Part shown: positions 38,098 through 49,948 of the stretch, one piece after another | Layout: each line of letters starts with the position of its first letter | How positions within the stretch are numbered: position 1 is the first letter of the stretch | From: Mobula hypostoma | Lineage: Eukaryota | Direction of reading: 5' to 3' | Assembly (NCBI RefSeq): GCF_963921235.1 | Contig: NC_086097.1 | Span: forward strand, 3,224,001 to 3,288,000 | DNA length: 64,000 nucleotides | The notes under the pieces: generated by a model | What the model was told of the DNA's origin: nothing | The model's database searches: none | The model's input: only the letters and a program-made list of their open reading frames with translations | Made by a program: the position numbers and the translations under genes

Positions 38098-39314
38098 GAT
38101 CCTTGCAAACTTTAATGATACTGGACTTGAAACTGTCTTGTTCCCTTTCTTGACACTGCTAAAACACGCCACCAGTGATTAGCCTTGGTAACTTAACCGT
38201 TTCTCCTACTTTACAGTTACAGTGAAGATTAATTTAAAAGCAAGACAACTGTGTACAAACATTGAAATGAAATTGTTTCTATTATAGTGAGTATTTTGTA
38301 GTTTATCAAGGTTCTGAAATATCAAAATCTGAAAACCTCTGAAATCCAAATGTTGTTTCAAGAATATAATACACATTGAGTACCCCTTATCCGAACTTCC
38401 AAAATCCAAAAATCTGTGAAATCTGAATTTTGTCTCTGAGCCGTAACATGACATCACAAATGTAAAATTACACAAGATAGTGGGAGTGTGCAGTGGTGAT
38501 GTGCAGGTCTCTGCACATCATAGACAGTTCTGAGAAATGACTTTATATGTGTAATGAACAGAAGTTAATGAAAAATAGTGAAATGAAGATCTCGAATGTG
38601 TATTGGCAGCTTCGGAGTGACCATGTCCCACTTACGAAGTGCTGATCATGAAACCAGCAAATATCTATTCCATCAACCTGAAAATGAAGGTAATTGTGAA
38701 AATTCAGGTGGCTGGTTTGCAGAAATTTCAGAAAAGGCCGTGCATTAAATGTTTAAAGCTTTGTGGATGAAAGTCTTAACACCAGAACAGGTCTATAATG
38801 CTGATTGTTTTTATACCTTACATAAAACCCCAAAAAAGTAAGATACAAATACAGTGTACTGCAACCTTTTAATCAAAGGATGATATCATAGGTGGAGAAT
38901 GAAAGCCTGCTGTTGTTTGTTGTTTAACAGCTGATTCTCCCGATCTGTTACGCTACTCTTGTTACCCTGCACACATTATATTTTCATTATGTTAATGGTA
39001 GGTAATAAGTTCTTCTGTTCAGTACATATAAAACCATAAGATGTGGGAGCATAATTAGGCCATTTGTCCCATGGAGTCTGCTCTGCCACTTCTTCATGAC
39101 TGATCCATTTCCTTCCCAGCCCCAATCTCCTGCCTTCTCCCCATATCCCTTCATTCCTGACTAATCAACAATCAACCTCTGCCTTAAATATACATAAAGA
39201 CTTTTCCTCCACAACCACCTGTTGCAATGGATTCCACAGATTCATCACCCTCGGGCTAAAGAAATTCCTCCTCATCTCCATTCTAAATGGACACCCTTTT
39301 ATTCTGAGACTAAA

Positions 39315-40812
39315 TGTCATGGTCCGGTCCGTGAAGTCCCCATTCCGGTTTATGGTCCGGTCCATGGACTCAGGACTCTGGGTCTTTCAGCTGACCTTTG
39401 TTTGAGTTAATCATAGGCACCTGATTCCCATCTTTGGGCTTGCAATATAAGTAGCCTTGGGATTGAGTGTGGGCTGCTGGTTTGTCTCGTCAATCCCCCT
39501 TGGACCAACCTGCTGATGGAAGGCTAGTGAAACCATTTGTGATGTCTAGGCCTGGTTGGAGGACAACTGTTTCATGGACCCTTGTTGCCACTCGTTGGAG
39601 TGGTCTTTGTGGTATGGATTTGGCTGTTTCCTGGGCCAGCTGAGTGGCTACCAGCCACTCCGAGCTAGGTAGGGATCCGGCTGTTTCTGTAGCCAGCTGA
39701 GGTTGCTGGCTGAACTGAGACTTGGAGCTACCCCAGAGCAGAGATGGAACTGTCTGTTGTTCTTTGGCGTTTGTCTCTTCTTGTCCTTGCCTCCATGGGG
39801 TAAGCCAGGCCATTTTTCCGTTGCCCTGCAGGGGGATCTGTCTTGTCTTGTCCTTGCCTCTGTTGGGTAAGTCCAGCCGTTCTGCCATTACCTGACGGAG
39901 AGACCTGTCCCACCTTGGTGTGGAGATGAAGTTGAGTCCCAGCTTGTCGTAGGATAAGTCCCAGCTCTATGTCTATGTTCTGTCCTATCTCAGGTTTGTG
40001 TTGTGTTAAAGATGAGTCCTGGCTTGTTGAAGGATAAGTTCCGGCTCTATGTTGATGTTCAGTTCCCAGTCTGTCTCTCAGCTCCAGTCTCCGAGTTATC
40101 AGCCTCCGCATTTCAAGACGAAGAACCCAAGCCTCGAGGGTCCCAAGCCAAGCTCCAAAAACCCAAGCCTCGAGGATCCCAAGCCAAGCTCCAAGAACCC
40201 AAGCCTCGAGGATCCCAAGCCAAGCTCCAAGAACCCAAGCCTCGAGGATCCCAAGCCAAGCTCCAAGAACCCAAGCCTCGAGGATCCCAAGCCAAGCTCC
40301 AAGAACCCAAGCCTCGAGGATCCCAAGCCAAACTCCAAGAAACCAAGCCTCAAGGATCCCTAGCCAAGCTCAAGACCTAAGATCCCAGCCTGCAGCCAAG
40401 CTCAAGGCCCAAGACCCCAAGCCTCAAGAATCCCAAGCCAAGCTCAAGGCCCAAGACCCCAGCCGGCAGCCAAGCTCAAGACCCAAGACCCCAGCCTCAA
40501 GCCAAGCTCAGGCCTCTAGACCCCAGCCACATCCTGTCCTGAAACCATGTCATGTTCTTGCCTGGTTCCGGGGTCTGAGCCTGAGGCAAGACCCAGGTTC
40601 TAGGTCCTTGTCCAGTCTCGGGCTCGGAGTCCAAGCCTTGTCTCCTAGTCCATGGTTCCTAGTCTGGTCCCGCATTCCCTAGCCAACTCTGCGTTCTTGT
40701 CCCTGCTCCTTGCCTGAATCCGGTCACGTCCCTACTCTAGTCAAGTCCTGTTCTTTGTACTTCAGTGTCTGTGTCTTGCATTTGGGCCCGTTTCCAGCAC
40801 CCTATTGTGACA
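39315..40812 (+). mobile_element. Large solo-LTR-like element (1498 bp) with internal minisatellite
   Basis: TGTCA...TGACA termini; 5-bp TSD CTAAA (39310-39314 and 40813-40817); aatca..cacctg..tataa LTR-like promoter segment. Confidence 0.85.
40123..40374. repeat. 36-bp tandem repeat, ~7 copies, decaying into shorter variants up to ~40530
   Basis: Unit GAACCCAAGCCTCGAGGATCCCAAGCCAAGCTCCAA read directly from the sequence. Confidence 0.95.
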
Positions 40813-41191
40813 CTAAATCCTCCTGACCGAGACTCCCCCACCATATGAAACCTCCTCTCCACATCCACTCTATCAAAGACTTTCAACAATCAATAGATTT
40901 CAAAGAGATTCCCTCCCCCCCCATTCTTCTGACTTCCATTGAGTACGGGCTCAGACCATCAAATGGTCCACATATGGGGAGCCTTTCAACCCCGGAATCA
41001 TTTTCCTGAACCTCCTTTGAGCCCTCTCCAATGTCAGCACATCCTTTCTTAGATAAGAGGCCCAAAACTGCTCACAATACTCCACATGAGGCCTCTCCAG
41101 TGCTTTATAAAGTCTCGAGATTACATCCTTGCTTTTATATTCAAATTCTCTCAGAATGAATGGGAACATTGCATTTGCCCTCCTCACAACA

Positions 41192-42105
41192 GGTTCAAAG
41201 GTTCATTTTATTGTCAAAGTATGCATATACACTACAACTCTGATATTTGTCTACTCCAGATAGCCGTGAAATACAGGAAAACCTTGGGAGCTGTTGAAAG
41301 AAAAGACATCAAATCCTGCACATGAAAAAGAAAAAGAAACCAAACTTGCAAACCCCAAACCCCCCACCCCCTACCCCTCACCTTGCACAAAAAACTAACA
41401 GATGGCCTTCCTTGCAAAAAACACCAATAGCATCAACCCCCCCCAACCCTTCCGTCACACACACAACCTGACAGATCGCCCACACAGTGAAAAACCAACA
41501 CAAAGATCAGATCCCAAATCCCCAATCCCTTGCTCACGCAATAAGTAACATATCGCCCAGCCGCCAATTATCAAAAAGAAAGAAAACACAGAAAACTGAA
41601 TGAGACCAATATAAACTACAGTCCAATAATCACATAAATCTCAGTATTTCGAAAGCAGCCTACGTTAGCACTGAGGAGAGTGGCCACATGTACTCAGTCC
41701 TTCCATGAAGAATGACTGCCATGATGGTTACGAACGTTGTGACCCAACCACCAACCGGTCAACCCCATGGCCTCCGTGGAGAGTGACTGGCAGCCTCTCC
41801 GTATTCATCTCGATGCTCAATCTTCCTCAATACTTCAAAGTGGAATTGTTCGTGTCCCCACACCCCGTCTCTAGATTTCTCATAAGAGGCAGCTCGTGCT
41901 CTCGGTCCTCTCCAAGAACAGCAGAACACTAGGTCATTCAATCGAATTCCAAACTACACATTACAGGCCCCAGCAGTTTCCAAAACACAATCAAGACAAA
42001 AAGAATAAGCAGAAGATGTAGAGAAAGTGAAATAATTGAAGAGATTAGCTATCTGGAAGATGTTGGCCGAGGAACCATTGTTCACTGGTGCCATCTTGAC
42101 CATTG
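41192..42105 (-). mobile_element. Non-autonomous LINE-like insertion with YY1-type 5' end
   Basis: Minus strand begins gtcaagatggcacc and ends caataaaatgaacctttgaac; interrupts CR1; no credible ORF. Confidence 0.55.
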
Positions 42106-43692
42106 ACGTAACCTGCAAATAAAACCTTTAGGGAATCCTGCACGATTATTCCCAAAACCCTTTGCACTCCAGATTTTTATATTTTTCTCTCCATTTAGAA
42201 AATAGTGTATATTTTATTTCTCTTCTCAAAGTGCATGACCATACACTTTCCAACTGTATTCCATCTGCCAATTCTTTGCCCATTCTCTTCATCTGTATTA
42301 AGTCCTACTGTAGCCTCTCCGCTTCTTTAACACTACCTGCTCCTCCATCTACCTTTGTATCATCCACATACTTGCCCGCAAAGCCATCAATTCTGTTATT
42401 CAAATCTTTGGCACATACTATAAAAAGAAGCAGTCCCAACAGTGACCCCTGTGGGACACCAATAGCCTCCAGCAGCCAGCCAGAAAAGGCTCCCTTTATA
42501 CGTATGACGAACAAATATAAGAGAAATACTGCTTAGCAGTAGCACACAAGTTCAGAGCCAGAAATTATGGTGATCCCAAGCTATCTCATTATATATTCCA
42601 AAATCCAAAATCCAAAACACTTCCAGCCTCAAGCATTTCAGATAAGGGGTACTCAACCTGTAAGACAGTTTCAGACTTGCACATCAAAAGTGCTGCATGC
42701 TACTTACTTGGGAAGGCATGTTAAGTTACTAAATTAAAGATATATTTTACATGTCTTTGCATTTCATCACTTAATTACTTTCATCGGCATCCTCTCCACT
42801 GCAATCTTGCAGTTGAACACTTAACTACAAACATGTTGTGTATCCTTTTTGCAATCTCAGATCTTCTCAGTACTTTGCTGTTAATTATCAACAAGGATCT
42901 GTCAGATTATCTACTCGGTGCAATGTCAGATCGAGTAATGTCCTGCCGTTAAGGGTGCTGGAGTAAGTACAACTCCACTGGAAAATATGCTGTACTTTTT
43001 TTCTATTGACATTTGCTGGGATCTATACCTTTGACTGTTCACATGCAAAAAAAATGGCCTAATTCGTGTTCCAATTCTGTCTCTGGGAACTTGCAAACTA
43101 CTGAAAAACAATAGGAAGGATCTATTTTGCAATAATGCCAGAAGAAAATTAGTATTTTGCCCGCTGGTAAACAACCAGGTTGTTTATGTAAATAATACCA
43201 TTAAATCAATGTTAACATAGAAATACAAAAATAGAAAATAAATGGATCTTTTTATTCTATTGATAATTGTACATAGTTTCCTGTAAGTTATCATTCAGAT
43301 TATAAAATTAGAAATCAAAATTAAATTTTGTGTGAATAAGAATATAGAAGATGAAAATACATTTTTGTAAGGTATAAGGAATAGTCTGATGCAAATTGTT
43401 ACCATTCTTTTTAATACTTCCATTTATGTTCTATTCTGACCCAGCAGTCTTTGTAACCATTCTGCTTATCATGTCTGTTCCAGCAATGAAATTGAATTTG
43501 GTACCAATATGTTCAATATTGTACTATGCTCAATGAACTGACATTGTTAGAAAATAAAAGAGGTGAAATGTCAATACTGTCATTTCATAAGACCATAAGA
43601 CGTGGGAGTTGTAATGTATGGACCTAATTCTTTTAGAGCAATGACGCCCCCCCCCTTAGCGCTATGTATTGATTTGTTGTCTACCCATGCGC

Positions 43693-43697
<5 letters not shown>

Positions 43698-43726
<29 letters not shown>
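43698..43726. repeat. (CT)n microsatellite
   Basis: Read directly from the sequence. Confidence 0.9.
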
Positions 43727-43730
<4 letters not shown>

Positions 43731-44151
43731 CAATGGGAATACACCATTTAAAGCCATCTGCCTTGTGTGCACTTTTATTTACTTGTTTTTATTTTTAATT
43801 ACTTTTCTACACTTGTGCACAGACACAACAAGAATAGAATTTGCCACTTGGCACATCGAGCCTGTTCTGCATTCCGTCATGGCTATCTATTATCCCTTTG
43901 CCAATGCCTGATAAAGCCTTTCTCATTTGAAAATTTAGCAATTTGGAACTATCAACTTTTACATATTATGGAAAGTAGTTTTTATTTACCACAAAGTGTC
44001 ATTTTTTTTAAACTTATGAACATGGATTTGTCAATGTGCATTATTCATATTTAGGTATTAGTATGAATTATGACTATAATGTGCAGAAAATACATATATT
44101 TCTTGTAAATTCTACTTCACACTAACATTAACATTATGTTAATTTAATATA

Positions 44152-44714
44152 TACTCAGTGACCACTTTATTAGGTACAACTGTACAATTGCTCATAAATC
44201 TACATATCTAATCAGCCAATCATGGGGCAGCAACTCAATGGGTAAAAGCATGCGGACATGGTCAAGAGGTTCAGTTGCTGTTCAGACCGAACACCAGAAT
44301 GCGGAAGGAATGTGATCTAAGTGACTTTGACTGTGGAATGATCGTTGGCACCAGACGGGGTAGTTTGAATATCTCAGAAAGTGCTGATGATCTGGGATTT
44401 TCATGCACAACAGTCTCTAGAGTTTACAGGGAATGGTGTAAACAACAGAAACAACATCCAGTGAGCAGCAGTCCTGTTGGCGAAAATGCCCTGTTAATGA
44501 GAGAGGTCAGAAGAGAATGGCCAGACTGGTTCAAACCGACAGGAAGGCGACAGTAACTCAAGTGACCGTGTATTATAATAGTGGTGTGCAGAAGATCATC
44601 TGTGAATGAACAACATGTCAGACCTTAAAGTGGATGGGCTACTTCAGCAGAAGACGATAAATGTACACACAGTGGCCACTTTCTTAGCAAAAGGAGGAAC
44701 ACTAATAGAGTGTA
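44152..44714 (+). mobile_element. Internally deleted Tc1/mariner element
   Basis: TIR-like ctcagtgaccactttattaggtaca; transposase N-terminal HTH remnant DLSDFDCGMIVG.R...ISE.A..LGFS.TTVSRVYREW. Confidence 0.82.
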
Positions 44715-44919
44715 TGGCAGTCAGCTAATTGAAGATTTTTTTGCTTTTTTATTATAAATATTGCTAATATTACCATCTGAAAGACAAAGCTTTTTAATTT
44801 ACATGAAATGTATTGTGTAATTTATGTAGAATAAAGTCACACTGACCATAGTGTCCCAGGGACCATCAGTAAGTTAGAACATAAAACGGGAATAGGCCTG
44901 TCAGCCCACATTGTAGATA

Positions 44920-46070
44920 TAAATATACAATGGGGAGGGGGGGGTTGGAATTAGAAAGTGCTCTGTATGAGGAGGATTTGAGCCTCCTGGTAGACTCATT
45001 ACTATCAACATCTAGACAATGCACAGGAGCGATTAAGATGGCTCATAGAATGTTTGGCTATATGATGTGCTCAGTGGCGTTTGAGTCTGGAGACGTTCTC
45101 CTTAAGCTGTATAGTGCACCTGTGAGGCCAGGCCTTGAGTACCGTGTACAGTTTTGGTTTCCATATAGTGTGAGGGATGTGAAGCCACTGGAGAGAGTCC
45201 AGAGCAGGGTGACTATACCCATTCCAGGTATGCAGGGCATGAACTATGAAGAAAGACTGAAATAATTACATCTTTTTGGCCTAAATGGATGTAGAATGAG
45301 AGGAAACCTGATAGAAGTGTTCAGAATCATTCAGGGTATAACACAGAGCGTCATAGGAAGTCATTCCTGCCTGTGGCCATCAAACTTTACAACTCCTCCC
45401 TTGGAGGGTCAGACACCCTGAGCCAATAGGCTGGTCCTGGACTTATTTCCTGGCACAATTTACATATTATTATTTAACTATTTATGGTTTTATTACTATT
45501 TAATTATTTATGGTGCAACTGTAACAAAAACCAATTCCCCCGGGATCAATAAAGTATGACTATGACTATAAGGAAAGTGGATGCCTGCAGCTGCTTCAGG
45601 ATTAATCCATCATCAAGGACACAGAGCCATAGGTGGAGAGTGGTGAAAGGGAGATTTCTTTACACAGGAGTAGTGGGCACGTGGAACAAACTATCCAGCT
45701 GTGTAGTTGAGAGTAGTACCTTGGAGACTTTTAAATCTAAACGATTGTTATTTCAACACACTATGTGATTAGGAATTTGGCAAGCTTTGTCGGGTTGAAT
45801 GACTTGTTCTTGTCAGAAACTTTCTAATGTCCAATGTTGTGCCGAACCAATTAAATTAGTAATCAAATGGCCAACTAATCTCTTCTGCCTACACAATGTC
45901 CACATCCCTCCAGTTTCCTCACATTCATGTACCTATCTAAATGTCTCTTAAAAGTCTCTAATGTACCTGCCTCTACCACCACCCCAGGCAGCACATTCCA
46001 GACATCCACCACTCTGTGTGTAAAAAAACCTGCCTCTGACATTTCCTTTAAAGTTATCCCCCAACTCCTT
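44920..46070. mobile_element. CR1 fragments (+ strand 44920-45830 with a Rex1 tail at 45340-45570; - strand 45830-46070)
   Basis: LYSAPVRPGLEYRVQFW, LERVQSRVT, FFTHRVVDVWN. Confidence 0.75.
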
Positions 46071-47869
46071 AAATGATTGTAGTTGTGCAGTAATGGCCTT
46101 TTTAATAAAGATTGACTTAGACCAGGGGTTCCCAACCTGAAGCCCACAAACCCCTTGATTAATGATATTGCTCCATAACATAGAGAAGGTTGAGAACCAC
46201 TGATTTACTGTTTGTAGACTAAAAGCATAGTAGAATAGAATAATGCATTGTTTTTCTTGTTTATAGTGCTCCCATGCTTTGAAAAGTCCTATCTGTCCAG
46301 GCTTTACACTGTGAATGAGTTCATTACTGACAAGTTGCACTTGCCTCTTTGGATACACACTGATGTTAGATCCCAGCCATTGTTTACAACACTCTTTCCA
46401 GATCTAGGTTCATATGAAGATGACCTTTTAGCCGACACTTCATGGCAATTCCTTTTCTCCATGCTCTACAAAGAGCAATATAAAAATTGTGTATCACAGT
46501 TTGAACTGGATTGAAATGCTATTTAGTAGCATTCCTGTGATTATAGAAACTCACATTTTACCTGCTTGAAGAAAAATATCATTATATTTTTTGACAAAAA
46601 TGTTTATTTTGTAATTATTAATGAAGAAATTCTCATGTGTGTGGACATGGATTAGGAACAGCAGTTCCTGCTAATGTTACTGATTAATGCTTTTCTAAAC
46701 TCATTTCTCATAATCATAATAATCATTACGTTGTCAGAGATAAGGTGATGAAAGTAAAATTAAGAAAAATGCCCTATTCCCTGTACTAAAAAGTCTACGA
46801 TATGCCCATTCTATTGCAGATTTGTGATTTGACTTGAATGATTTTGTGAGAGCAATTTCAATGTGGTGCTAAATTTGAAGGTCACTAACAGGAATTTAGT
46901 GCACAAAAAATCAACTGTCATTTAAATTGTTATTTGCCTCATGGAAAACCAAATGATAGGTAAATCATCTTAAAGGTGATGTCAATAACCGATGGTTGAT
47001 GGTTTGGGGAAACGGATTTGGGGAAATCAATTTGTTTCCCTTCCTTTTGAAGTAATAAAATGCATTTTACCTCAGAAAAAAATTAGTGTTTATTTATTTA
47101 GAGGTACATTGTGGACCAGGCCTTGCGGCCCAGTGAGCCACACTGGCCAGCAACCCACCTGTTCCGGAGGCCCAATCAGCGAGGGAGCAAAGCACAGTGA
47201 ATTAAATAAAAGTACAGAAGGGACAAGCGTGGGGGTCATTGTTGGGAGTAGGAGTGTCAGGCTTTGGCTCAAAGGAGGCTTCAGCTCAAAAAGGCATTGG
47301 CTTTGGCTGAGCTTCTGTTAAAGTTCCCTTGTTGTTTTCTCTTATCGTACCTGGTGTAGTAAATAACCGCTGTGAGCTCTTCGTGCCGGATGTTGGAGTC
47401 CTGGGAGACCCAGAGTCTCCCAGTGAACTACGTCTGCATGAAGTGCATCCGGCTGCAGCTCCTTGAAGACCGCGTTAGGGATCTGGAGCAGCAGCTGGAT
47501 GATCGGCTTGTACAGGAGAGTGAGGAGACAATCGATCAGAGTTACAGGGAAGTAGTCACCCCGAAGGTGTAGGAGGCGAGTAGCTGGGAAACTTTCGGGA
47601 GAAATGGAAATATGGATAGTTAGCTAGCACAGAAAACCCTTGTGTCCATTCCCCTTAGTAATAAGTATAGCATTTTGGACACTGTTGTGGGGATGACCTC
47701 CCAGGGAATGCCACGGAGACCGGGTTACTGTCACTGAGCAGGTATCCGTGGTGCAGAAGGGTAAAGAGGGAGAAGAGGGGAGCCGTAGTAATACGGGACT
47801 CAACAGTGAGGGGAACAGACAGGAGATTCTGTGGACGTGAATGAGACACCTGGATGGTATGTTGCCTGA

Positions 47870-49900
47870 GGAACACTCATTATGCGCTGGAGGAACTCAG
47901 CAGGTCAGTCAGCATCAGCTGAAAAGATTAGTCGACGTTTCAGGCCGAAACCCTTCGTCAGGACTGAAGGAAGAACTTTGGGGAGGGTTTGAAGAATGCT
48001 GGTAGTTGAAAAAAACAGCAATTTGAAAGACAAAGGAGTGGGGGAGGGGAAGCAGGGAGGTGATTGGCGGGAGAACAATGCGCAGTAGTAGAAGGAGGCG
48101 GAACTATGAGGGAGGTGATGTGAAATAGGGATAGAGGAAGGGAGGGGGAGGGAATTACTGGAAGTTGGAGAATTCTATGTTCATACCAAGGGGCTGGAGA
48201 CTACCTGGACGGCATATAAGGTGTTGCTTCTCCAACCTGAGTTTAGCCTCATCATGGCAGTAGAGGAGGCCATGTACGGACATATCTGAATGGGAAGCAG
48301 AGTTGAAGTGGGTGGCTACCGGGAGATCCTGTCTTTTGTGGTGGACGGAGTGGAGGTGCTCGACAAAGCGGTCCCCCAATCTGCGTCGGGTTTCACCGAT
48401 GTAGAGGAGGCCGCACCGGGAGCACCAGATGCAATAGGTGACCCCAACAGACTTACAAGTGAAGTGTTGCCTCACCTGGAAGGACTGTTTGGGGCCCTGA
48501 ATGGTGGCAAGAGAGGAGGTGTAGGGACAGGTGTAGCACTTACGCTTACAGGGATAAGTGCCGGATGGGAGATCCGTGGAGATGGACGTGCGGATAAGTG
48601 AGTCGCGGAGGGACCGATCCCTGTGGAAAGCGGAGGGGGCGGGAGAGGGAAAGATGTGCTTCGTGGTGGGGTCCTGTTGAAGGAGGCGGAAGTTGCGGAG
48701 GATAATGTGCTGGATCCGGAGGCTGGTGGGGTGGTAGGTGAGGACAAGGGGAACTCTGTCCCTGTTGTGGTGGCGGGAGGATGGGGTGAGGGCCGAAGTG
48801 CGGGAAATGGAGGAGATGCGGGTGAGGGCACCATTGATCACCGTAGAAGGGAAACCACGATCCTTAAAGAAAGAGGACATTTGAGATGTCCTGGAACGGA
48901 AAGCCTCATCCTGGGAGCAGATGTGGTGGAGACGTAGGAACTGGGAATAGGGAATGGCATTTTTGCATGTGGCGGGGTGGGAAGAGGTATAGTCGAGGTA
49001 GTTATGCGAGTCAGTGGACTTGTAGAAGATCAGTGGACAGTCTGTCTCCAGAGATGGAGACCGAGACATCGAGAAAGGGGAGAGAAGTGTCAGAGATAGA
49101 CCAAGTGAATTTGAGGGCTGGGTGGAAGTTTGAATTAAAGTCGATGAAATTGACGAGCTCAGCATGGGTGCAGGAAGCAGCACCAATGTAGTCGTCAATG
49201 TATCGAAGGAAAAGTTGGGAGCAGTACCAGAATAGGTTTGGAGCACAGACTGTTCCACATAACCAACGAAGAGGCAGGCATAGCTGGGTCCCATGCCAGT
49301 TCCCATAGCCACACGCTGAGTCTGAAGAAAGTGGGAAGAGCCAAAAGAGAAGTTATTAAGTGTGAGAACCAGTTCCGCCAACCGGAGGAGGGTAGTGGTG
49401 GTGGGGAACTGGTGAAGTCTATTATCCAGGAAGTAGCGGAGGGCTTTGAGGCCTTCTTGATGGGGAATGGAGGTGTATAAGGATTGGACATCCATAGTAA
49501 AAATGAAATGGTTGGGACCGGGGAACTGGAAGTTATTGAAGAGGGCATGGGATGTATCCCGGATGTAGGTGAGGAGGGACTGAACAATGGGTGACAAAAT
49601 GGAGTCCAGGTAGGCAGATACAAGTTTGGTGGGACAGGAGCAGGCAGAAACTATGGGTCTATCTGGACAGTCAGGCTTGTGTATCTTGGGGAGGAGGTAA
49701 AACCGTGCGATATGGGGTGTGGGAATAATGAGTTTAGCGGCTGAGGATGGAAGGTCTCTGGAGTTGATAAGGGCAGTGATTGTGCGGGAGACAATGGTTT
49801 GATGTTTTTTGGTGGGGTCCTGTTCCAGGGGTAAGTAAGAGGAGGTGTCAGAGAGCTGCCGTTTGACCTCAGTGAGGTAGAGGTCCGTCCGCCAGACTAT
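47870..49900 (-). mobile_element. Penelope-like element (Neptune type), 5'-truncated, RT + GIY-YIG pseudogene
   Basis: FYLLPKIHK..RPIVS, MDVQSLYTSIPH, AMGTGMGPSYA, out-of-frame RYIDD, CKRKCYTC, GVTYCIWCSRCGLLYIGET; pLTR at 47870-48150. Confidence 0.93.
47930..47965 (-). ncRNA. Minimal type-I hammerhead ribozyme in PLE pLTR
   Basis: Minus strand AGUC-CUGACGA-AGGGUUUCGGCCU-GAAA-CGUC-GACU. Confidence 0.83.
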
Positions 49901-49948
49901 GTTGGTATGTTATGGTGTGCTGCCTCCCAGCTGCCAGGGTCAGGGATG

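Larger units (their letters stand above)
39032..42500 (-). mobile_element. CR1 3' fragment inside the Tigger, split by two younger insertions
   Basis: Reverse CR1 3' UTR at 39032; RT motifs resume at 40818 and ~42110 (LYKALERPHVEY, GVPQGSLLG). Confidence 0.85.
38372..42660 (+). mobile_element. Tigger/pogo (Tigger4/Zombi-like) DNA transposon relic hosting nested insertions
   Basis: 24-bp TIRs CACATTGAGTACCCCTTATCCGAA / CAGGTTGAGTACCCCTTATCTGAA (reverse complement), TA on both flanks; transposase remnants GW.QKF.KR..IK.LKLCG and LTPEQVYNAD at ~38705-38805. Confidence 0.88.

Noticed and set aside
40123..40374. 36-bp repeats as a CRISPR array or a cloning polylinker (XhoI/BamHI sites)
   Set aside because: Units are head-to-tail with no unique spacers, decay gradually, and sit inside a TSD-bounded eukaryotic LTR element
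40003..40380. 125-aa repetitive ORF as a host gene
   Set aside because: Non-ATG start; openness is explained by a stop-free 36-bp unit; no splice context
48290..49480. Plus-strand ORFs antisense to the PLE
   Set aside because: By-products of the G-rich, stop-poor antisense strand of the PLE coding region
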